Positions 59,374-64,000 of a stretch of 64,000 nucleotides of DNA are shown piece by piece; within the stretch, counting starts at the first letter, position 1, and the number at the start of each line of letters is the position of its first letter. A model generated the notes under the pieces. It was not told the origin of the DNA and ran no database searches. It worked only from the letters and a program-made list of their open reading frames with translations. The stretch comes from a virus. The DNA lies in IMG/VR virus record IMGVR_UViG_3300027749_000044. One strand, written 5' to 3'. The translations under genes and the position numbers were made by a program.

Positions 59374-59784
59374 ATGCAAGCACTTGGTAAAACACTTAAT
59401 ATTAAAACAACATTTGCGGTAAAAGACGTCATTGGATTTCTAGAAAAGCATCTAGAACAACATAAGAAAGAATATGCTGAAGCGGTTGAAGTTTATGAAA
59501 AAACCGTGGCAGAAAAATTGCAAGTACTTTCGGCCGTAGCATATGACATGTCAGAGACAAAATATAGCTATACCAAACTAAGCGAACCTTGGTCTGCAAT
59601 TGTTTCTCTTAAAGTTCCTGTAAATCAAACAGAAATGTACGAACAATACATTTCAATTTTCAAGCAATCCACTTCTACGGACGTTGAATTGTCTATGGAA
59701 GATGCGAATTGCTTGATTAATGACGCTTGGGATTGGGCAATGACTGCCAAAACCACAAATTCATTTTATTCCAGCCAGCGTTAA
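59374..59784 (+). CDS. Hypothetical protein
   Basis: AAGGA RBS; helical ORF. Confidence 0.6.
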   Translation: MQALGKTLNIKTTFAVKDVIGFLEKHLEQHKKEYAEAVEVYEKTVAEKLQVLSAVAYDMSETKYSYTKLSEPWSAIVSLKVPVNQTEMYEQYISIFKQSTSTDVELSMEDANCLINDAWDWAMTAKTTNSFYSSQR

Positions 59785-59790
59785 AAAATG

Positions 59791-59828
59791 GGTTGCCATT
59801 ATCCTGGAGTTTGATAGACTCCAGGATA
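59791..59828 (+). promoter_or_regulatory. Early/middle promoter for gp45 with overlapping 11-bp inverted repeat
   Basis: GG-TTGCCA-N16-TAGACT; inverted repeat TATCCTGGAGT/ACTCCAGGATA. Confidence 0.7.
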
Positions 59829-59858
59829 TACCCCACAAATTCATATCATGAGGATTAA

Positions 59859-60518
59859 ATGAAGATTTCTGATCGCGCACTAATGGTACTAAAGAATTTT
59901 AGTTCAATCAACCAGTCAATTATCATTGAGCCTGGTAATGCCATCGTTACAATGTCTCCACAAAAGACAATTATGGCCAAGGCAGTGGTTGACGATACAT
60001 TCGATAGGACCATGTGCATTTATGACCTATCACAATTTCTACAAGTACTGTCATTGTTCAAGCAACCTGAACTTGAACTAGAGACAGAAAGTGTTCTTAT
60101 TCATGATGCACAAAGAAAGTCTCGGTATTTTTATGCCGATGAATCTCTGTTGCTTCATCCTCCTACCAAGGAACTTAAGGTAAAGGATGACATTTCATTT
60201 TTCCTTCCTTATCAAGCTATTTCTAGCATTCTTAAGGCAACTAATATTCTTTCAGTTCCAGAGGTTGCCTTTGTCGGAGAAAATGGTAAGCTGTATATTC
60301 GGTCTATCGATACGAAGAATTCTTCATCAAATAGTTTCAGTCATGAACTTGGTGAAACTGAAGCCGGCGAATTTAACGTAATTTTTAAGCCAGAATATCT
60401 TGCCAAGCTGTTCGATGCTGATTATAATGTGATTATCTCGTCATCCAAGATCGCAAGGTTCGAAGCAAAGAATATTGTGACTTATTGGATTGCCGTTGAA
60501 AGTAATTCAACTTTCTGA
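59859..60518 (+). CDS. gp45: Sliding clamp
   Basis: LKNFSSINQSI, IYDLSQFL, YWIAVE. Confidence 0.93.
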   Translation: MKISDRALMVLKNFSSINQSIIIEPGNAIVTMSPQKTIMAKAVVDDTFDRTMCIYDLSQFLQVLSLFKQPELELETESVLIHDAQRKSRYFYADESLLLHPPTKELKVKDDISFFLPYQAISSILKATNILSVPEVAFVGENGKLYIRSIDTKNSSSNSFSHELGETEAGEFNVIFKPEYLAKLFDADYNVIISSSKIARFEAKNIVTYWIAVESNSTF

Positions 60519-60539
60519 CACTAAATAGAACATAACAAT

Positions 60540-60613
60540 GCGGGGATGGTATATTGGTCGTGCCCCGGGTTTCCAACCCGTAGAAGTCGGTTCGATTCCG
60601 ACTCTCCGCTCCA
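60540..60613 (+). tRNA. tRNA-Gly(TCC)
   Basis: Acceptor stem GCGGGGA/TCTCCGC, anticodon loop TTTCCAA, GGTTCGATTCC T-arm, U73, encoded CCA. Confidence 0.92.
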
Positions 60614-60628
60614 TACATACAATATCAG

Positions 60629-60705
60629 GGCGGGGTGGAGAAGGTAGTAATCTCATCAGGCTCATAACTTGAAGGTCGTCCGTGGGACTCGGACTCCCGC
60701 CCCCA
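60629..60705 (+). tRNA. tRNA(CAT), initiator-derived and atypical
   Basis: GGCGGGG/TCCCGCC acceptor, TCAGG-CTCATAA-CTTGA anticodon arm, T-loop TGGGACT, encoded CCA. Confidence 0.8.
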
Positions 60706-60724
60706 TTTTTTAATTAACAGGATT

Positions 60725-60832
60725 ATGGATTATTTAAAACATTATAATTCTTTGATAGAACGAGCAATATCTAGGAAAAATTTGGTGTGGAAGGATCCAG
60801 AGCTGGAAGTTCTTATTTTTCTTCGATACTAA
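60725..60832 (+). pseudogene. Remnant of an HNH (Mob-like) homing endonuclease
   Basis: MDYLKHYNSLIERA resembles the MNY.KIY..LI.RA N-terminus of T4-type Mob endonucleases; stops after 35 aa. Confidence 0.55.
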
Positions 60833-60869
60833 AGTCAAAAAATATTGATGTATTGAATAGAAGAAATTC

Positions 60870-60944
60870 GCCCCCAAAGCATAAAAAGTGATGCGCCGGC
60901 TTTGTAATCCGGAAAACTCCGGGCAGTACGGGGTGAGGGCACCA
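60870..60944 (+). tRNA. tRNA-Thr(TGT), non-canonical T-loop
   Basis: GCCCCCA/TGAGGGC acceptor (one mismatch), loop TTTGTAA, T-arm CTCCG-GGCAGTA-CGGGG, ACCA end. Confidence 0.8.
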
Positions 60945-60973
60945 TTATTACACCATTATTATGAGGATTTAAT

Positions 60974-61144
60974 ATGACTGAAGAAAATAATCAAACAGAA
61001 GAAATGGCGGAAGTTGAACTTGAATTAACGGAAGAGCAATTTCTGCGTATCGCCAAAATGGCACACGAGAATGATATTACATTCAATAAACAAATTGAAC
61101 TCATTCTCACTCACATGATTGAAGAACAAGAAAATAATGTCTAA
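60974..61144 (+). CDS. Small ribbon-helix-helix-like protein (56 aa)
   Basis: VELELTEEQFLRIAKMAHENDITFNKQIELIL; GAGGA RBS. Confidence 0.6.
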   Translation: MTEENNQTEEMAEVELELTEEQFLRIAKMAHENDITFNKQIELILTHMIEEQENNV

Positions 61145-61703
61145 CATTTTTTTATATTCTGATCCTCATTTTGGACACCAAGGTGTCTGTAATTTCACTA
61201 GGGAAGATGGATCTCCATTGCGTCCTTGGAATGAGGTCGAAGAAATGGATGAAGCTCTCGTTGATCGTTTCAATAAAGTCGTCGGTCCAAAAGACAAAGT
61301 TTATTTTTTGGGTGATGTTGCCATGCGTAAACCAGGATTACAGACGGTATTGAGATTGAACGGTGACAAAGTACTGATCAAAGGCAATCATGATATTTTT
61401 GATCTTAAAGATTATTTGTCTGTAGGTTTCAGAGATATCCGCGGATGTCACGTATTGTCTGGTATGATTATGACTCATATTCCCATTCATACTCAGTCAT
61501 TACAAAGATTTGGAACTAATATCCATGGACACCTTCATGCCAACAGGATCATGAAATTTGATACATTTCGAGGATATGAAATCGATCCTGACTATCATTG
61601 TGTTTGTGTAGAACATACGGATTACGCTCCTATTTCATTAGAAGATATTAAAAAGAAAATCGAAACCGAAGGCGGGTGTACTTCATTTAGGGAAAAGAAA
61701 TGA
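61137..61703 (+). CDS. Calcineurin-like metallophosphoesterase
   Basis: SDPHFGH, LGD, GNHD, THIP, HGHLH. Confidence 0.9.
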   Translation: MSNIFLYSDPHFGHQGVCNFTREDGSPLRPWNEVEEMDEALVDRFNKVVGPKDKVYFLGDVAMRKPGLQTVLRLNGDKVLIKGNHDIFDLKDYLSVGFRDIRGCHVLSGMIMTHIPIHTQSLQRFGTNIHGHLHANRIMKFDTFRGYEIDPDYHCVCVEHTDYAPISLEDIKKKIETEGGCTSFREKK

Positions 61704-61873
61704 CTTTTGAAGACTGGTTTGATGGCGAAGAAGGTTTTGGATTCAGGTCAGAAAGATTTTTTGACGGCCTTCCTACATTAACCGAAAGTGAATCGAAATA
61801 TATTATCTTATGGCTAAAAACTGCATATGGTCAAGGCGTCTTAGACGGATTCGATCTCGGTCGAAAAAAATAG
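61700..61873 (+). CDS. Small hypothetical protein (57 aa)
   Basis: MTFEDWFDGEEGFGFRSERF..WLKTAY; overlaps the end of the phosphoesterase gene. Confidence 0.55.
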   Translation: MTFEDWFDGEEGFGFRSERFFDGLPTLTESESKYIILWLKTAYGQGVLDGFDLGRKK

Positions 61874-61902
61874 GTTGCCATTCCTTCCAGACCACGTATG
61901 GT
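61873..61902 (+). promoter_or_regulatory. Early/middle promoter for the RNA ligase operon
   Basis: GG-TTGCCA-N16-TATGGT. Confidence 0.6.
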
Positions 61903-61923
61903 GGGATCAAATGAGAGGTCAAA

Positions 61924-63063
61924 ATGTTTCCTGAAATTAATCATATCGACGACGTTTTGTCGGCTATCAAAGCCCGGGATGAATTTATCGTAGCCGAGAG
62001 AGAAGGCTATAAGGTGGTCAATTATATGGTCGCCTTGCAAGATACTTTTCCTGATCGCATCCATAAGGATGCAGGGATCCTTCGCGAGCTGCGAGGTATT
62101 ATTTTTTGTTCGGAAACCGGCAAGATTTTGGCTCGTCGCCTTCATAAGTTTTTTAACGTAAATGAACGGGATGAAACCAAGCTGTCTGCTTTGCCATGGC
62201 ATGAAGAGTTTTATGTTATGGATAAGCTTGACGGTTCCATGATCACTCCTATCAAGATCGGCGACCATATCCGATGGGGTACGAAGATGGGCGTAACTGG
62301 TGTTTCAATGCAGGCCGAAGAATTCGTGGCCACTAGGCCGGAATATCAAGATTTGGCAAAGTTTCTGATTTCGATCAATTGCACACCAATTTTTGAGTGG
62401 TGTTCGAACCAGCAGAGAATTGTAATTAATCATCCAGAAGACAACCTGATACTACTTCACATTCGAGAAAATGTGACAGGTAAGTATTGGCCAAGACAAA
62501 ATGTAGAAAGATTGGCTTCTTTCCGTAGTATTCCTACTGTCAAAACTTGGTCTTCCCTTGATTATAGTTCTTCAGAACTTTTGGAATATATTCGCAATCT
62601 TGAAGACGCCGAAGGTGTTGTTATTCAATTCCATAATGGCGACATGGTCAAAATGAAATCTGATTGGTATGTCCGGATTCATCGTGCCAAGGACAAAATT
62701 TCTGATGACCGACGGACCCTCGAATGCATTTTAGAAAACGAAATCGATGACCTGTTGCCTATTCTTCCTGACGAAGATGTAGACAGAATCCGGGCCCTCG
62801 AAAGAAATTTTCTTGGTGCAGTTGCGAAATCTACAGAAATTGTCATGTTCGAACTGAAAAGTATGAGGGTCGATAATGTTACCCGTAAAATGTTCGCCCT
62901 GGATAATAAGTTTAATCCTGCCATTCGTGCGGCCATTTTCAAGTTTTGGGATGAACAAACTCTTCTTAAATCTGAAGTGTCTCAATTTTTTATCGACCTG
63001 GTAAAAAAGAATATGACATCTGGTGCCAAATTTGACGAAATTAGAAAGACGATTGGATTTTAA
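61924..63063 (+). CDS. rnlA: RNA ligase 1 (T4 RnlA-like)
   Basis: ELRGIIF, HKFFNVNE, DKLDGSMI (motif I), FEW, EGVVI, VKMKSDWY. Confidence 0.9.
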   Translation: MFPEINHIDDVLSAIKARDEFIVAEREGYKVVNYMVALQDTFPDRIHKDAGILRELRGIIFCSETGKILARRLHKFFNVNERDETKLSALPWHEEFYVMDKLDGSMITPIKIGDHIRWGTKMGVTGVSMQAEEFVATRPEYQDLAKFLISINCTPIFEWCSNQQRIVINHPEDNLILLHIRENVTGKYWPRQNVERLASFRSIPTVKTWSSLDYSSSELLEYIRNLEDAEGVVIQFHNGDMVKMKSDWYVRIHRAKDKISDDRRTLECILENEIDDLLPILPDEDVDRIRALERNFLGAVAKSTEIVMFELKSMRVDNVTRKMFALDNKFNPAIRAAIFKFWDEQTLLKSEVSQFFIDLVKKNMTSGAKFDEIRKTIGF

Positions 63064-63065
63064 TT

Positions 63066-63527
63066 ATGCCTAAGTTGATCATGTTAGTTGGTATTCCTGG
63101 TTCGGGTAAGTCGACCTGGAGAAAGTTGCATCACGACAATTTTATTGTTTTGAGCACAGATGATTACATTGATAGGGTTGCCATGAGCAATTCCATCTCA
63201 TATACTGAGGCATTCAAAGATGCCATCGGTCGTGCAACAACCGCCATGGAAAATAGTATTAAGGATGCATTGTCAGCAAAGATGAATGTCATCTTTGACC
63301 AAACTAACGTAACCAGAAAGACTCGGGCCAAAAAGCTTAAGCCTTTCTTGGATGCTGGATATAAATGTGATGCATATTACTTTGAATCCAAGTTTTCATT
63401 GGAACAAGTGAATGAATTGCGGACAGATAAAATTATCCCGTCGCACATTTATTACAATATGTTGCACGACCTTGAAATACCTTCTGTTGAAGAAGGTTTT
63501 GATTATGTTTATCATGTGAGATATTAA
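63066..63527 (+). CDS. Polynucleotide 5'-kinase (PseT kinase domain only)
   Basis: MLVGIPGSGKSTW, STD, DQTN..R; no HAD phosphatase domain. Confidence 0.8.
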   Translation: MPKLIMLVGIPGSGKSTWRKLHHDNFIVLSTDDYIDRVAMSNSISYTEAFKDAIGRATTAMENSIKDALSAKMNVIFDQTNVTRKTRAKKLKPFLDAGYKCDAYYFESKFSLEQVNELRTDKIIPSHIYYNMLHDLEIPSVEEGFDYVYHVRY

Positions 63528-63536
63528 GGAGATAAA

Positions 63537-64000
63537 ATGACTGTAACAATTTCGAACGCAGATGAATTTCTGTGGGTAGAAAAGTATCGTCCTAAAACCA
63601 TTGAAGAAACTATTCTCCCGGAAAGTCTAAAAGCTACTTTCCGGGAATTTGTTCTCCAGAAGAATGTGCCAAATTTGATTTTGGCTGGTGGTGCCGGCAT
63701 CGGTAAGACCACTGTCGCGAGGGCCCTATTGGAAGAAATCGGGTGTGATTATATTATCATTAACGCATCCATGGATAACGGCATCGATGTTCTTAGAACG
63801 CATATTAAGAATTATGCATCGACCGTATCGTTCAAGGGCGGGCGTAAGTATATTATTCTAGACGAAGCCGACCATTTGAGCCATGCAGTTCAACCGGCCT
63901 TGCGTAATTTCATGGAAGAATTTTCCAAGAATTGCGGATTTATTCTGACCTGTAATTTCAAGAACAGAATTATTTCGCCTCTACATTCACGGTGTTCGGT
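63537..64000 (+). CDS. gp44: Clamp loader large subunit (3'-truncated by the window edge)
   Basis: My translation gives LWVEKYRPKT, GGAGIGKTT, INAS, ILDEAD, ALRNFMEEFS, PLHSRC. Confidence 0.95.
   Translation, partial: MTVTISNADEFLWVEKYRPKTIEETILPESLKATFREFVLQKNVPNLILAGGAGIGKTTVARALLEEIGCDYIIINASMDNGIDVLRTHIKNYASTVSFKGGRKYIILDEADHLSHAVQPALRNFMEEFSKNCGFILTCNFKNRIISPLHSRCS

Noticed and set aside
60433-60618. Minus-strand ORF over the gp45 end
   Set aside because: It is antisense to tRNA-Gly and gp45.
1-64000. Stop-codon reassignment
   Set aside because: TAA, TAG (21563, 23853, 37144) and TGA (49011, 54386, 60518) all terminate genes at expected positions, and core genes are uninterrupted.
1-64000. 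CRISPR array, rRNA, integrase or IS element
   Set aside because: No spaced direct-repeat array or matching motifs were seen; the repeats found are coding fibre repeats.

Overview
64 kb of a large AT-rich T4-like myovirus genome (Straboviridae/Kyanoviridae-like gene order). The host may be an alphaproteobacterium; this is a weak inference from an initiator-tRNA-derived gene with A29:U41. Left to right: enlarged baseplate wedge genes (gp7, gp8, a split DUF4815/VrlC-like gene); a long tail-fibre/adhesin block containing a free-standing GIY-YIG endonuclease; neck gp13; a minus-strand sugar operon inserted between gp13 and gp14 (glutaredoxin, NDP-sugar epimerase, two GT-B glycosyltransferases, HddA-like heptose kinase, GmhA); gp14-gp23 with a greatly expanded gp68-position gene; a second GIY-YIG endonuclease; gp3, uvsY, uvsW, gp55, gp47, gp46; peptide deformylase; late internal-head-type proteins; a GT-A glycosyltransferase; gp45; three tRNAs plus an RNA-repair set (phosphoesterase, Rnl1, Pnk); and the start of gp44. 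The best candidate for a new system is phage-encoded heptose-based glycosylation. The sugar operon has an early-type promoter, its last glycosyltransferase also has its own late promoter, and the tail/baseplate proteins are extremely Asn/Ser/Thr-rich and Asp-poor, which points to virion glycosylation. All gene calls come from motif recall and synteny; no database searches were run.
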